In this document: positions 12,911 to 26,058 of the stretch, piece by piece | How the letters are laid out: each line of letters starts with the position of its first letter | Position numbering within the stretch: position 1 is the first letter of the stretch | Source of the DNA: Macrostomum lignano | Taxonomy: Eukaryota | Reading direction: 5' to 3' | Length of the DNA stretch: 64,000 bases | NCBI GenBank assembly: GCA_002269645.1 | Contig: NIVC01003234.1 | Coordinates: 45,621 to 109,620, forward strand | The notes under the pieces: generated by a model | Databases searched by the model: none | Seen by the model: only the letters and a program-made list of their open reading frames with translations | What the model was told of the DNA's origin: nothing | Program-made: the position numbers and the translations under genes

Positions 12911-13623
12911 CCCTGCTCTCTGTTCTCTCTCAGATCTCTCTCGCATTTTTTCTAATCTGCATCTCAGTTCTCTTATACCCCTGATTTCTGATCCCAGAGC
13001 TCTAATCCATCTCAACTTTCCTCCCCTCTCATTCTCGTCCGCTCTCCTCACCTTATTTTCCCTCAATTAATTTTCACTCAAGTGCTCATCTTTTCCAATT
13101 CCACGGAGCATTCAAGCTGAAAAGGAGCAAATCGTCAGCCACCCCTGCTGGCTCATTGTGCGGCCCGGTGCCCGAAACTCAACAGGCTGTTGGTGAAGTT
13201 TTTACAACATCAGCGGGAGATTACCGAGGACTTCGGGGGGCTCTGCAGCTCCGCACAGAAGCAGAATCCGTTTAGAGCCGGGCAATAAACCCCAGCTCGA
13301 TGAGATACGACTCCTGTCGCCAGTCCAGTTCACAAACAAAAACAGAAGATGCTGACTATTGATGAGGCCGGTCATAAACTGCTCAAGAAGGCTTAAAAGC
13401 TTCCTGCAGCCCAGATTGGCCAAGTTGGGGCTCAGCAGTCCTGCCGGGCCGCTGCTGCAGTCCCAGGTGTTTTATGAGCACAGCAGCTCGGCCACCGCAT
13501 TTGCCTGACAGGAGCGGAAGCCCGCAGGGTGGGGGATGACAGACTCAAACTTGACCAACTGGGTCTCTGCCCTGTCAGCGAGGGTCACACATTATTCCAA
13601 ATCTATTCCCCACTCTGTTGCAG

Positions 13624-13664
13624 CTTATCCGGCTGTCCCAGAAAAGACAAGTCTGTAATTCAAG
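13624..13664 (+). CDS. MYT1: MYT1-like 41-bp exon completing finger 1 (SLSGCPRKDKSVIQ)
   Basis: tgttgcag acceptor, AAG|GTGAGT donor; phases 2 to 1 fit both neighbours. Confidence 0.92.
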
Positions 13665-14091
13665 GTGAGTTGCCATTTGCCTATATGCTTTTTAGTTCGA
13701 CTGTGTGTTTCTGCGCGCTGCTGCTCTCTGCTCCTGTTTGCTGGAGTTCGCTGCCATCCGCTGTCCCGACCTCCCATTTCTGCTTGCCCCCCCCCCTGCT
13801 GCAGTGAAGTTGTAAAATTCCTGGCGGAAGTCAACTTTCTGGCCAGCTGCCCTCCTCCCTCCGCGCTGCTGCGCTGACCGCCGCCTGTCAGAGCCGCCTG
13901 CCCGCCGCGGTCCGGGCCTTCCTGTCCCACTTCTTGTCCTCCTGCCGCTTCTTCTACTGATTTTTATTTTCCTGAATTTCTTTCTCTGCTGTTGAGTTGT
14001 TGCAGTTGTTTTCTTTGAGTCACAGTGAGTGCTGCAGATGTCCCGGTTTCAGCGGTGCGGTCTGAATTAATTGAGATTTTAAACCCACTCG

Positions 14092-14625
14092 GTGGTGAGC
14101 AATCGGTGAGATAAGGTGTGCAATCGGTGAGATAAGGTGTGCAATCGGTGAGATAAGGTGTGCAATCGGTGAGATAAGGTGTGCAATCGGTGAGATAAGG
14201 TGTGCAATCGGTGAGATAAGGTGTGCAATCGGTGAGATAAGGTGTGCAATCGGTGAGATAAGGTGTGCAATCGGTGAGATAAGGTGTGCAATCGGTGAGA
14301 TAAGGTGTGCAATCGGTGAGATAAGGTGTGCAATCGGTGAGATAAGGTGTGCAATCGGTGAGATAAGGTGTGCAATCGGTGAGATAAGGTGTGCAATCGG
14401 TGAGATAAGGGGTGCAATCAGTGAGATAGTGTGCAATCGGTGAGATAAGGTGGGCAATCGGTGAGATAAGGTGTGCAATCGGTGAGATAAGGGGTGCAAT
14501 CAGTGAGATAGTGTGCAATCGGTGAGATAAGGTGGGCAATCGGTGAGATAAGGTGGGCAATCGGTGAGATAAGGTGTGCAATCAGTGAGATAAGGTGTGC
14601 AATCGGTGAGATAAGGTGTGCAATC
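14092..14625. repeat. 21-bp minisatellite (CAATCGGTGAGATAAGGTGTG) abutting a splice acceptor
   Basis: Tandem copies; 7-aa periodicity. Confidence 0.98.
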
Positions 14626-14634
14626 CGCCCGCAG

Positions 14635-14725
14635 GTCTGCAGAGCAGCGCCCAGAGCACCAAGTGCCCCACCGAGGGCTGCCAGGGCAAGGGCCACGTGA
14701 ACGGCCGCCGCAGTCACCACAGGAG
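14635..14725 (+). CDS. MYT1: MYT1-like exon: N-terminal part of finger 2 (KCPTEGCQGKGHVNGRRSHHRS)
   Basis: cccgcag acceptor, AG|GTGAGT donor; resembles the second MYT1 finger (CPTPGCxGxGHVN...HRS). Confidence 0.92.
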
Positions 14726-16419
14726 GTGAGTGAAGCGGAGTCTCAGAAATGCCTGTCGTTTTTGCTTCTTTTACAAGAAGATTTTAGCGACAAAGCCTCG
14801 AAATTCGAAGTCGCAGCAGTTTCATTCTGTGTCCCCATCCAGCCAGTGAGTACGGTGCTCATTATGCAAATGGTGCTGGCGTTGATGGGCAAGTTTTATG
14901 ACTCAAGCAATCAGCAGCACCGATTTCTGCTGTTAATGCCTGCGCGCCCGCCCCCCCCCTCCCCCAGGCGACTTTGACAGTTTATGCAAATAATTGCCTG
15001 TTGCAACTTATCTTCCGCAAATCCCCGGGAGCCAGAAATCCCTTCTCAGCCTCGTCCCCGCTATTTCCCCTCCCCTCTTTCCCCCACTTCTCCGTCCCTA
15101 AGCTCTGGGCCGTGTCTTTTAAAAAACACAGGCCATGGTAACAAATTGTGGAGTGCTGCATCTGTCGAGTATTGCTGAGAGGCCGCGGCCCGGCCACTTG
15201 TGGCTGCTGAAAGTTGCAGCGACGAGTTGGCAAACAGCCTCGGACCCCGGCCGGGCGCGCAGTCTGTTTATCCACAGCCCCGCTCTCAACATCTGTCAGA
15301 AGCTTTCTGCCATCGATTCCCGACTTTCAACTTGGCCTTGAGAAGCCCCAGAGCCCGCAAAACTGTCTCCTAGCGGGCCTGCAGCTTCTCCGCCTGGCCC
15401 GTTCATTCTCCATCATCTTCGGCGCACCTCGCAGCCCGCGGACCCCTTGGGAGCAGCGGTGGGGGAGACGGCAGCAAGGATGGCCACTGGAACACCGGGA
15501 CAAAGTGAGGAGTGGCTGAGGACAGAGGAAGATATGAGGCAGAGAGGCAGAGGGTGGACAGGCAACTTGGGGCGGGCGTCACTCTGGAGTCTTGTTTGCC
15601 GTGAGTTATCAGTTTTATTTAAAGAGAGTCAGTAATTTCCGCCTCTAACAAATTTTCCCATAATTATCCCCGGACAGCGCCCAGCTCTGCCCCTCCTAGT
15701 CACCTGGGATAAGCCGAGCTCTCAGGACTCACCATTATTACAGAGTCCCCCCCGGTCGCAGCACTCAGCCTCCGCCTTTGCCTGCGTCTTCCCTTTTCCT
15801 TTCCTTCCTCTCCATCCCCAGCATCTCCCGTCTTCATCAACTCCCGTCTCTGTTTCCCCCTGATGGCTGCTGGGTAAAGTTTGAGTTGTCACCGGCACAC
15901 CGGGCTGTAATCTGTCAATTTCATCAGCACCTCCTTGCCGTCCCCCGCCTCTTTCGGCCCTCCCAGCCTCCCTGGGCCTCATCAGCAGTGCCGAGCTGTC
16001 GTGTCCGCATTCTGGGCTGCCCTCACCGGAGCAGCCCGGCATGTGCGGCCGAGAGGCAGGCCGGGAAAGCGGGCCAGCCACCCCAGATAAAAGTTAATTA
16101 AATCTCTGAGCTGACAAACTTTGCAGCCTCCGGTGTCAGGCAGATGTAGCGAGCGGCCTTAATCCCCTGCTGCACCCGTCAATGGCCTGTCTTGAGCAGG
16201 CTTCCCAGCTTCCTAGCTTTTCCCTGAAATCCCGCCATTTTGGAGGCTGGTCCCGGGGCTCGAATCGCTACTTGCTCCCCGCGTTTCTCTGCTCGTCGGA
16301 CTGGGAGGATTCTCCCAAGATTTTTCTCCTCACTTATTTTTACACAGCTGTCGCGGAGTTGCAGCGCTCTGAGATTTTTGTCTTTCTGCCTGGCAGCGTC
16401 GGATTGGGAATGCTGAGTG

Positions 16420-17882
16420 GCTGGGGAGGTGGCTGAAACAACTGGCATTGTGGAAACTGCAGAGTGGCTGGGGAGGTGGCTGAAACGACTGGCATTGTGG
16501 AAACTGCAGAGTGGCACTTGTTGGCATGGCAACTGGCATTATGGAAACTGCAGAGTGGCACTGTTGGCATGGCAACTGGCATTATGGAAACTGCAGAGTG
16601 GCACTTGTTGGCATGGCAACTGGCATTATGGAAACTGCAGAGTGGCACTTGTTGGCATGGCAACTGGCATTATGGAAACTGCAGAGTGGCACTCGTTGGC
16701 ATGACAACTGGCATTATGAAAACTGCAGAGTGGCACTTGTTGGCATGGCAACTGGCATTATGAAAACTGCAGAGTGGCACTTGTTGGCATGGCAACTGGC
16801 ATTATGAAAACTGCAGAGTGGCACTTGTTGGCATGGCAACTGGCATTATGAAAACTGCAGAGTGGCACTTGTTGGCATGGCAACTGGCATTATGGAAACT
16901 GCAGAGTGGCACTTGTTGGCATGGCAACTGGCATTATGAAAACTGCAGAGCGGCACTTGTTGGCATGACAACTGGCATTATGGAAACTGCAGAGTGGCAC
17001 TTTTTGGCATGGCAACTGGCATTATGAAAACTGCAGAGTGGCACTTGTTCGCATGACAACTGGCATTATGGAAACTGCAGAGTGGCACCTGTTGGCATGG
17101 CAACTGGCATTATGGAAACTGTACAGTGGCACTTGTTCGCATGACAACTGGCATTATGGAAACTGCAGAGTGGCACTTGTTGGCATGGCAACTGGCATTA
17201 TGGAAACTGTACAGTGGCACTTGTTGGCATGGCAACTGGCATTATGGAAACTGCAGAGTGGCACTTGTTGGCATGGCAACTGGCATTATGGAAACTGTAC
17301 AGTGGCACTTGTTGGCATGGCAACTGGCATTATGGAAACTGTACAGTGGCACTTGTTCGCATGACAACTGGCATTATGGAAACTGCAGAGTGGCACTTGT
17401 TGGCATGGCAACTGGCATTATGAAAACTGCAGAGCGGCACTTGTTGGCATGACAACTGGCATTATGGAAACTGCAGAGTGGCACTTTTTGGCATGGCAAC
17501 TGGCATTATGAAAACTGCAGAGTGGCACTTGTTCGCATGACAACTGGCATTATGGAAACTGCAGAGTGGCACCTGTTGGCATGGCAACTGGCATTATGGA
17601 AACTGTACAGTGGCACTTGTTCGCATGACAACTGGCATTATGGAAACTGCAGAGTGGCACTTGTTGGCATGGCAACTGGCATTATGGAAACTGTACAGTG
17701 GCACTTGTTGGCATGGCAACTGGCATTATGGAAACTGCAGAGTGGCACTTGTTGGCATGGCAACTGGCATTATGGAAACTGTACAGTGGCACTTGTTGGC
17801 ATGGCAACTGGCATTATGGAAACTGTACAGTGGCACTTGTTCGCATGACAACTGGCATTATGGAAACTGCAGAGTGGCACCT
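16420..17882. repeat. 44-bp minisatellite (GGCACTTGTTGGCATGGCAACTGGCATTATGGAAACTGCAGAGT) with 484-bp higher-order duplication
   Basis: ORF starts recur at +484 (17038/17522, 17126/17610, 17214/17698). Confidence 0.97.
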
Positions 17883-18793
17883 GTTTGTGAGACCAGTAGC
17901 ACAGAGCCAGCGCAATTAACAAGAATGTCAACCTGAGTTTTCAAAATGCTTCGATCAAAACTGTGAAGGGACAAAACTTTAAGTTCTCAATCTCGAAAGC
18001 AGAAATCTGCTTCTCGGGGAGAGGGGGCCAGAAGACAGCGAGCAAGCAGCCATGAAACTCATCTGTTGCAGTTTCCTCTCAAGGAGGCGATGATGAATCA
18101 GGCCCCCAGCACTCATAAGCCTGCAGGTGAGCTTCCTCCCCAGCTCTCTCCTAGAGTGGCCCATATTTTATGGCTTAATGCTGCACTCCCCCAAAACAAG
18201 GCTGCAATGAAAAGCCGGGAGCGCAGATTTCTCGGATGGGATCCGGCGCCCCCCTCCCCCCCTTATTTTTCCCAGTTCCCGGCCAGGCTGCCGTTCTCAG
18301 CACCGAGAGTGATGGGGAAGAGGCGAGGCTGGGAGAGGCTCGGGATCAGAAGTTCTGAGCAGGCTGCGAGAGTGATTAGACGGAGGGAGGACTCTCGGAT
18401 GAAAAGTTGAGGACGGAAAGTTAATAATCATGGAGGCCAGTCTCCCAGCCTCATCTGCCTTGACCGCTGCAGCCTCTCCAGGCAATATCTGCGGCTTAGC
18501 AGCCCCGCCTGCTGCGCCCACTCGGCCGAAATGAAAACGAAAAACAGTTGTAGCTCGCATTGCGGGGTCAGGCTGGGGCCGCTGGAGACGATGAGGCCGA
18601 GCAGGGGAGGCTGCACAGTCCGAAAAGCAGCAAGCCTTCTTTTACAGATGGCGACCGCCAAAAGGCGTCAACACTTTCTGCCCCTTTTTGAAAATCCCCC
18701 GAACTTACCTGTGAGCCGTTTGGAGCAGCAAGTTTCGCTTTGATCCCCTCGGTCCTCATCAAGCCGACTTGCCGCCCCCTCTACCCTCCGCAG

Positions 18794-18861
18794 CCTCTCC
18801 GGCTGTCCAGTGGCCGCCCTCAACAAGCTGGTGAAGGGACGCAACCCGGGCAAGATCGCAG
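18794..18861 (+). CDS. MYT1: MYT1-like exon completing finger 2 (SLSGCPVAALNKLVKGRNPGKIA)
   Basis: ctccgcag acceptor, CAG|GTGAGA donor; matches SLSGCPIAAAEKL of MYT1. Confidence 0.92.
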
Positions 18862-19069
18862 GTGAGAGCCGCTCCTGTTCCTGCTCGGCAACTTAAGCCG
18901 TTTCTGATAGCAGAAAAGAACAAAAAAGAAGATTATTCCGCATGGCCGCGGCCGGGAAAGTTGAGCCTCTGACTCAGCCGGCTCGCTGCGGAACTGAGAA
19001 TGAAATTGATTTGCAAACTGCGCTTTGATGAAGCCTCAGGCCGCCTCGCCTCCGCCTGCCCGCCCCCAG

Positions 19070-19688
19070 AGCTGCAGTCCGTGCTGTGCCGCATCAGGGA
19101 GGGCGGCGCCGCCCCGGAGCCGCTCGGCCCGCAGCCGCCGCCGCCGCTGACGGGCATGCAGCCCGCGCCCCCGACATCCGCTGGCATTGGCCCGACCGGC
19201 TTCGGGGAAGATGCTTTCGAAGCCGGAGATGGCGATGACAGCGGCGAGGCCGGCAGCCTCCACACCGCCGGCGGTGGCTGCTGCAGCGTCCTCGGCGTCG
19301 ACAGCTGCGTCCTCGCAGACGAAGGCTCCGCCCAGCCGCTGGGCGCTGACAGTCCAGACGCTGATGAGGGCAACAAGACTCTCTTTGGCGGCGAGGACGC
19401 CATCGGTGTCAAAGACCGCGCAGGTGACGCAGCCGACGGTGCTGAACGAGCCGCGGCAGCTGATGGGCCGATCGACCTGCGTGTCGCGACCGTCGCCAGC
19501 GAGGAGGTGGCACCGAAGGAGGATGCGATGATGGAGAAGACGGAAGCGGCTCCTGCGATGGAAGACGGTGATGAGCTTTTAGAAGAGCATCAGCAGCAGC
19601 AGCAACAGCAGCAGCAACAGCAGACAGAAAGGCCAGATGACTTCCAGGCTGGGGACATCACTGTGCCAGAGTACACGGCGGTGAAAAG
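19070..19688 (+). CDS. MYT1: MYT1-like exon: Pro/acidic/Gln-rich linker
   Basis: gcccccag acceptor (phase 1), open frame of ORF 19000..20706, donor AAG|GTGGGC at 19689. Confidence 0.8.
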
Positions 19689-19693
19689 GTGGG

Positions 19694-20365
<672 letters not shown>

Positions 20366-20387
20366 TAATTTCCCTGCATTCCCGCAG

Positions 20388-20702
20388 CTACTCGACCCAC
20401 CGCAGGGAGAAGGAGCTGCTGCACTGCCCGACCCCCGGATGCGACGGCTCCGGGCACGTGCTCGGGAGCTACTCCAGCCATCGCTCCTTGTCCGGCTGTC
20501 CGAGGGCCGACCGCAGCCTGGTTCTGCTGCACCACGTTGAGCAAAAATGCCCGACGCCCGGCTGCGACGGCTCTGGCCACGCCACCGGCAACTACAGCTC
20601 GCACCGGTCTCTGTCCGGCTGTCCGAGGGCCCGCGGCGCCAAGAGGAGCGCCGCTGCGGTCGCCGCCTCGACTGTCGCAAACAGACAGGGCGACAGCGGC
20701 AG
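20388..20702 (+). CDS. MYT1: MYT1-like exon with C2HC fingers 3 and 4 ([11 protein letters not shown]...HRSLSGCP, twice)
   Basis: ttcccgcag acceptor, CAG|GTGAGG donor; two canonical fingers. Confidence 0.97.
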
Positions 20703-20790
20703 GTGAGGCCCGCAAGTCCCTCTTTAAAGCCCTCACAATACTACTGCTCCTACTGAGTAGTCAATTGCTGCATTCAAATTCCACCCGCAG

Positions 20791-21706
20791 AGCCTCGCAG
20801 TCTCCGTCGTGCAGCGAGCCGAGCAAGAAGGCCCGCTCAGAGACGCGCACGCCGCCGACCCCGCACCAGGCGGCTTCGCCTCCGCCGCCACAGCCGCCGC
20901 CGCCTCTGCCGCCACTGCCGCCTCCGCCGCCAGCTCAGCAGGCGGCAAACCCTTCATCTGCAGCCGCCGCCGCCGCCGCAGTCAGTGCAGCCAGATTCGC
21001 CAGTAACGGCCTCCGAGTGCCGCAGATTCCCCAGCTGCCGCAGCAGCAGCCGCCGCCCCCACCGCCGCCGCCGCCGCCGCCTCCGCCGCCGCCGCCGCCG
21101 CTAGCTGAAGCGCCCGAGGCGGAGCGCAGGCGGGCCCTGTGCGAGCAAAACGCGGCAGTGCAGGACCACATCATGCGGATGCAGGCGGCTTACCTGGCTT
21201 CGGCAGCTGAGATCCAGCTTCTTGAAGAGCGGCATCAAATGATGTCGCAGCACATTCACCTGCTGCGGGCGGCCATGCTGGAGTACAGCGCATTCGGACA
21301 GACCACAGCGGCGGCCGCGGCGGCAGCAGCCGCCATCTCGGCTCCGCAGCCTCACCAGCCGATGCCGCCGCCCATGTCGGCGCCCTTTCCGCCCCTGGCA
21401 GCCGCCGCAGCTGCCGCCGCTGCCGCAGCCGCGGCCAGCTCAGCCGGACGGAGCAACAGCGAAGGTGGCAGCGGGCCGAGCTCGCCGCCCCGGCCTCCGG
21501 GCGCGGTGCTCAGCCTCGACAAAATCCTTGGCGGCGGTGCAGCTCCGCCGGTGCCGCCGCACCAGCAGATGCCGCTGCAGCAGCTCCAGGCGCACCGGCT
21601 GGCCGGCAAGGATTTCGCTTCCGTGTCGACGTCGATCGCCGGCCCGTTCGTGCTGGCACCGTTCCTGCCGCCCGGGCTCGGAGGAGGCGGCATCGGCGGA
21701 ATCTGA
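20791..21706 (+). CDS. MYT1: MYT1-like last coding exon: Pro/Ala-rich region and coiled coil (NAAVQDHIMRMQ...EERHQMMSQHIHLL), stop TGA
   Basis: acccgcag acceptor in frame; heptad segment positioned like the MYT1-family C-terminal coiled coil. Joined CDS is 2433 nt (810 aa plus stop). Confidence 0.88.
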
Positions 21707-21944
21707 GCAGCCCGGGACTGCCCAGCATTCATTCATATTCTCACGCTGTGTTTCTCTATTCGCTTGTCTGCCTAACCTGTCGTGTCCGTGCCGTGTTCTG
21801 TGCTTTGCGCAGGCGGGCTGTCCGAACATTTCCGGCTTTTCTCTGTGTATAAAAAAACCGCCCGCCGGCCAGCCCGCCGTCTCTCCAGCTTCATCAATTA
21901 GTCTGAGTTCCCAGAGTTCATCGCCTGCCACTTGTACACCGCGG

Positions 21945-22390
21945 CTGTCTTCGACTGCCTGTCCTCAAATGTCTGTCCTCGACTGTCTGTCCTCAACTGC
22001 CTGTCCTCGACTGCCTGTCCTCAAATGTCTGTCCTCAAATGTCTGTCCTCGACTGACTGTCCTCGACTGTCTGTCCTCAAATGTCTGTCCTCGACTGTCT
22101 GTCCTCGACTGTCTGTCGTCGACTGTCTGTCCTCAACTGCCTGTCCTCGACTGCCTGTCCTCGACTGTCTGTCCTCGACTGTCTGTCCTCGAATGTCTGT
22201 CCTCAACTGCCTGTCCTCGACTGTCTGTCCTCGACTGCCTGTCCTCGACTGTCTGTCCTCGACTGCCTGTCCTCGACTGTCTGTCCTCGACTGTCTGTCC
22301 TCAACTGCCTGTCCCCGACTGTCTGTCTTCAACTGCCTGTCCTCGACTGTCTGTCCTCGACTGCCTGTCCTCGACTGTCTGTCCTCAAAT
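21945..22390. repeat. 14-bp minisatellite (CTGTCCTCGACTGT)
   Basis: Tandem copies. Confidence 0.95.
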
Positions 22391-22984
22391 GTATGTCCCG
22401 TGCCAATCCGTTCAGTTTTTTCTCCTCATCACAGATGCTTGAGCTGAGCAGAACAGCAGGCACTGCTTCAAAAAAATCAGGCAAATTTGGACCCTGTTGA
22501 TGTCCTCTGTTACTTATCTATTCGCGAACCTGAATAAGAAATTTATTGATTATTAATTTTGTCCGACACCATAAATGACTATAAAACCGATTACAGTTTC
22601 TGATGCCTGCAAATACACCGCACCCCTTCGCTATTAAACTCCTCAGCTTTTGCATAAACTTCTTAGCAATAGGATTAAACTGTTTTATGCTTTTCAGTCT
22701 GCATCGTATGAAGGATATATCTTGGCAACAACCAGAGTACCGTCTCAACGGACTACTCAAAGTAGTGCTGCAGCTGCAGCTGCAGCGGAAAGCTTGTTAT
22801 TGAACATTATATGTATGCATCGAGAGGGTCAAAGTTGTCGACAAATTTAGCACCTTGGCAGTCTTAAATTGCCTTGAATATTTGTTTGATTGCGATAAAC
22901 ACACCTCATAGAAAACCCTAGTCCAGATCTACCGACTAGTTGGATTGCCATTACACCCATAGATACGTATGACTTCCCTATTGG

Positions 22985-23632
22985 CTAAATTATCCCATTA
23001 TCTAGATTCCCCATTAGCTAGATTTGCCATTAGCTGGATTTGACATTACCTAAATTCCCCATTAGCTAGATTTGCCATTACCTAGATTCCCCATTAGCTA
23101 GATTTGCCATTAGCTAGATTCCCTATCCACTAGGAATCCCCATTAGCTAGATTCCCCATTAGCTAGATTCCCTATTAGCTAGATTCCCCATTAGCTAGAT
23201 TTGCCATTACCTAGATTCCCTATTAGCTAGATTCCCTATCCACTAGGAATCCCCATTAGCTAGATTCCCCCCATTAGCTAGATTCCCCCCATTAGCTAGA
23301 TTCCCCCCATTAGCTAGATTCCCCCCATTAGCTAGATTCCACCCATTAGCTAGATTCCCCCATTAGCTAGATTCCCCCCATTAGCTAGATTCCCCCATTA
23401 GCTAGATTTGCCATTACTTAGATTCCCTATTAGCTAGATTCCCCAATAGTTAGATTTGCCATTAGCTAGATTCCCTATCCACTAGGAATCCCCATTAGCT
23501 AGATTCCCCATTAGCTAGATTCCCCCCATTAGCTAGATTCCCCCCATTAGCTAGATTCCCCCATTAGCTAGATTCCCCCCATTAGCTAGATTCCCCCCAT
23601 TAGCTAGATTCCCCCTATTAGCTAGATTCCCA
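22985..23632. repeat. 16-18-bp minisatellite (CCCCATTAGCTAGATT)
   Basis: Tandem copies with variable C-run. Confidence 0.95.
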
Positions 23633-24144
23633 GTTAGTCAGCTGAAATTCGACAAGATTATACCAGATTATGCTACATTATCTAAAAATCGCATACTCTC
23701 ATATCAAGATACCCCGGTATCTTCCCTACAATCTTTAATCTTACTGATGCTCCATATACTACTTATCCGGCAGCTGTCAGTAGCCAACAGCGCACTGGAG
23801 CTAAAAACTCGCTCAAAAAGCGGAGCTGGCAGACTGCCAATCGCGTCAAAGCCAACAGAGGACAGCGAGCGATCGCAGCAACAGCAGACTGTTGCCATGA
23901 CGACGAGCTGATTCTCTTCCCTCTAAGGAATTCCAGCTCAGCCGCGGCTAAGAGAACAGTTCTCTGGGGGGATGGATTTGTCATGGAGATGTCTGGCTCA
24001 GATGCTGCGGAACTGGCCCGCCCCCGCAGAGCACAAGAGTAAAGAGTTGGGATATCAAAGCTTTGCGGGGCTGCGAGACTTTGGCAGAGTCATTTCTGCT
24101 TCATGCTCAGCTCAGACAGACTTCTCGTAAAATACTCCCTTTTC

Positions 24145-24367
24145 CTCTGTCAATGACAGGGGACAGGAGACACAGGTGAGAGTCAATGATGAGGGACAGG
24201 AGACACAGGTGAGAGTCAATGATGAGGGACAGGAGACACAGGTGAGAGTCAATGATGAGGGACAGGAGACACAGGTGAGAGTCAATGATGAGGGACAGGA
24301 GACACAGGTGAGAGTCAATGATGAGGGACAGGAGACACAGGTGAGAGTCAATGATAAGGGACAGGAG
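24145..24367. repeat. 33-bp minisatellite (GACAGGAGACACAGGTGAGAGTCAATGATGAGG), about 6.5 copies
   Basis: Tandem copies; 11-aa periodicity. Confidence 0.97.
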
Positions 24368-25019
24368 ATACCTCCCTGGGTGGCGCCAACCCTTCGTCCA
24401 TAGCGACGCGTCGGCCGTTCAGGGATTAGCGGAATGGGACAGCCCTGCAGCTAGGTAAGTGTGGATTCGAACTCTAAACTTCGTAGAGTTTTGTTAAACC
24501 GGATTAAACCGGTACAGCTTTGGCACCCGGAGTGCTCGCCAGCAGAGGTTGCCCTCAAATCCGATTGAGCCGTCAAAGATCTGAGATTCGCTGAGCCTCT
24601 GAGAACGGGCCAGCTGGGGCATGTGTTTGTGTAGTTGAAAAAGCACACAAGGCTCTGTTCAGATATCACAGCGGCAGAATGCGGGAGTTTAAAAAAAGGT
24701 TTATTTCAACAATTAAAATACAGGGCACAGGCTATGCACAGCCGAGGAGGAGCAGATTCAATTTTATCCAAGTGAGCGAGCACCACCGTGAGAGCTAATT
24801 TTGAAAATTTTTAACACAATGCATGACTTTTGGAAAAACAAACACGTGCCTCGGAATGACCAATTAAGCATAGCAACACGGAATCCGTCCGAGCTAAATA
24901 ACTGTTAGGTAGATTAAACTCATCTTAAATACATGTAATTAGATTAGTACATAGACTGAATGCATGCCATTAGGCCAATATTTAGGTGGTACGCTCGCAT
25001 ACGATTAGGTGGTCAGAAA

Positions 25020-26030
25020 CCAGCCAATTAGGTAGCTATTAGGCAGTCGGCAACCAACCCAATTAGGTAGCTATTAGGCAGTCGGCAACTAACCCAATTA
25101 TGTAGCTATTAGGGTGTCCGCAACCACCCAATTAGGTAGCTATTAGACAGTCGGCAACCACCCAATTAGGTAGCTATTAGGCAGTCGGCAACCAACCCAA
25201 TTAGGTAGCTATTAGGCAGTCGGCAACCACCCAATTAGGTAGCTATTAGGCAGTCGGCAACCACCCAATTAGGTAGCTATTAGATAGCCTGAAGCCACCC
25301 AATTAGGTAGTTAGCAACCACCCAATTAGGTAACTATTAGGCAGTCAGCAACCACCCAATTAGGTAACTATTAGGCAGTCAGCAACCACCCAATTAGGTA
25401 GCTATTAGGCAGTCGGCAACCAACCCAATTAGGTAGCTATTAGACAGTCGGCAACCAACCCAATTAGGTAGCTATTAGGCAGTCGGCAACCAACCCAATT
25501 AGGTAACTATTAGGCAGTCGGCAACCAACCCAATTAGGTAGCTATTAGACAGTCGGCAACCAACCCAATTAGGTAGCTATTAGGCAGTTAGCAACCACCC
25601 AATTAGGTAACTATTAGGCAGTCAGCAACCACCCAATTAGGTAGCTATTAGGCAGTCAGCAACCACCCAATTAGGTAACTATTAGGCAGTTAGCAACCAC
25701 CCAATTAGGTAACTATTAGGCAGTCAGCAACCACCCAATTAGGTAACTATTAGGCAGTCAGCAACCACCCAATTAGGTAACTATTAGGCAGTTAGCAACC
25801 ACCCAATTAGGTAACTATTAGGCAGTCAGCAACCACTTAATTAGGTAACTATTAGGCAGTTAGCAACCACCCAATTAGGTAACTATTAGGCAGTCAGCAA
25901 CCACCCAATTAGGTAACTATTAGGCAGTCAGCAACCACCCAATTAGGTAGCTATTAGGGTGTCCGTAACCACCCAATTAGGTAGCTATTAGGGTGTCCGT
26001 AACCACCCAATTAGGTAACTATTAGGCAGT
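25020..26030. repeat. 34-35-bp minisatellite (CAACCACCCAATTAGGTAGCTATTAGGCAGTCGG)
   Basis: Tandem copies. Confidence 0.96.
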
Positions 26031-26058
26031 CAATGCCCGGCAGCCGGGCGGCAGTCTG

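Noticed and set aside
16340-17936. Many overlapping ORFs (MALVGMATGIMETAEWHLLAWQL...)
   Set aside because: These are products of the 44-bp repeat.
15200-18965. Several AAAGTT motifs (MYT1 binding core) in MYT1 introns, suggesting autoregulation
   Set aside because: A 6-mer frequency is not clearly above chance without a statistical test.
22518-22760. AT-rich coding-looking 80-aa minus ORF (RCRLKSIKQFNPIAKKF...)
   Set aside because: It may be a transposon fragment, but I cannot assign a family and there is no splice context. A BLAST or HMM search is needed.
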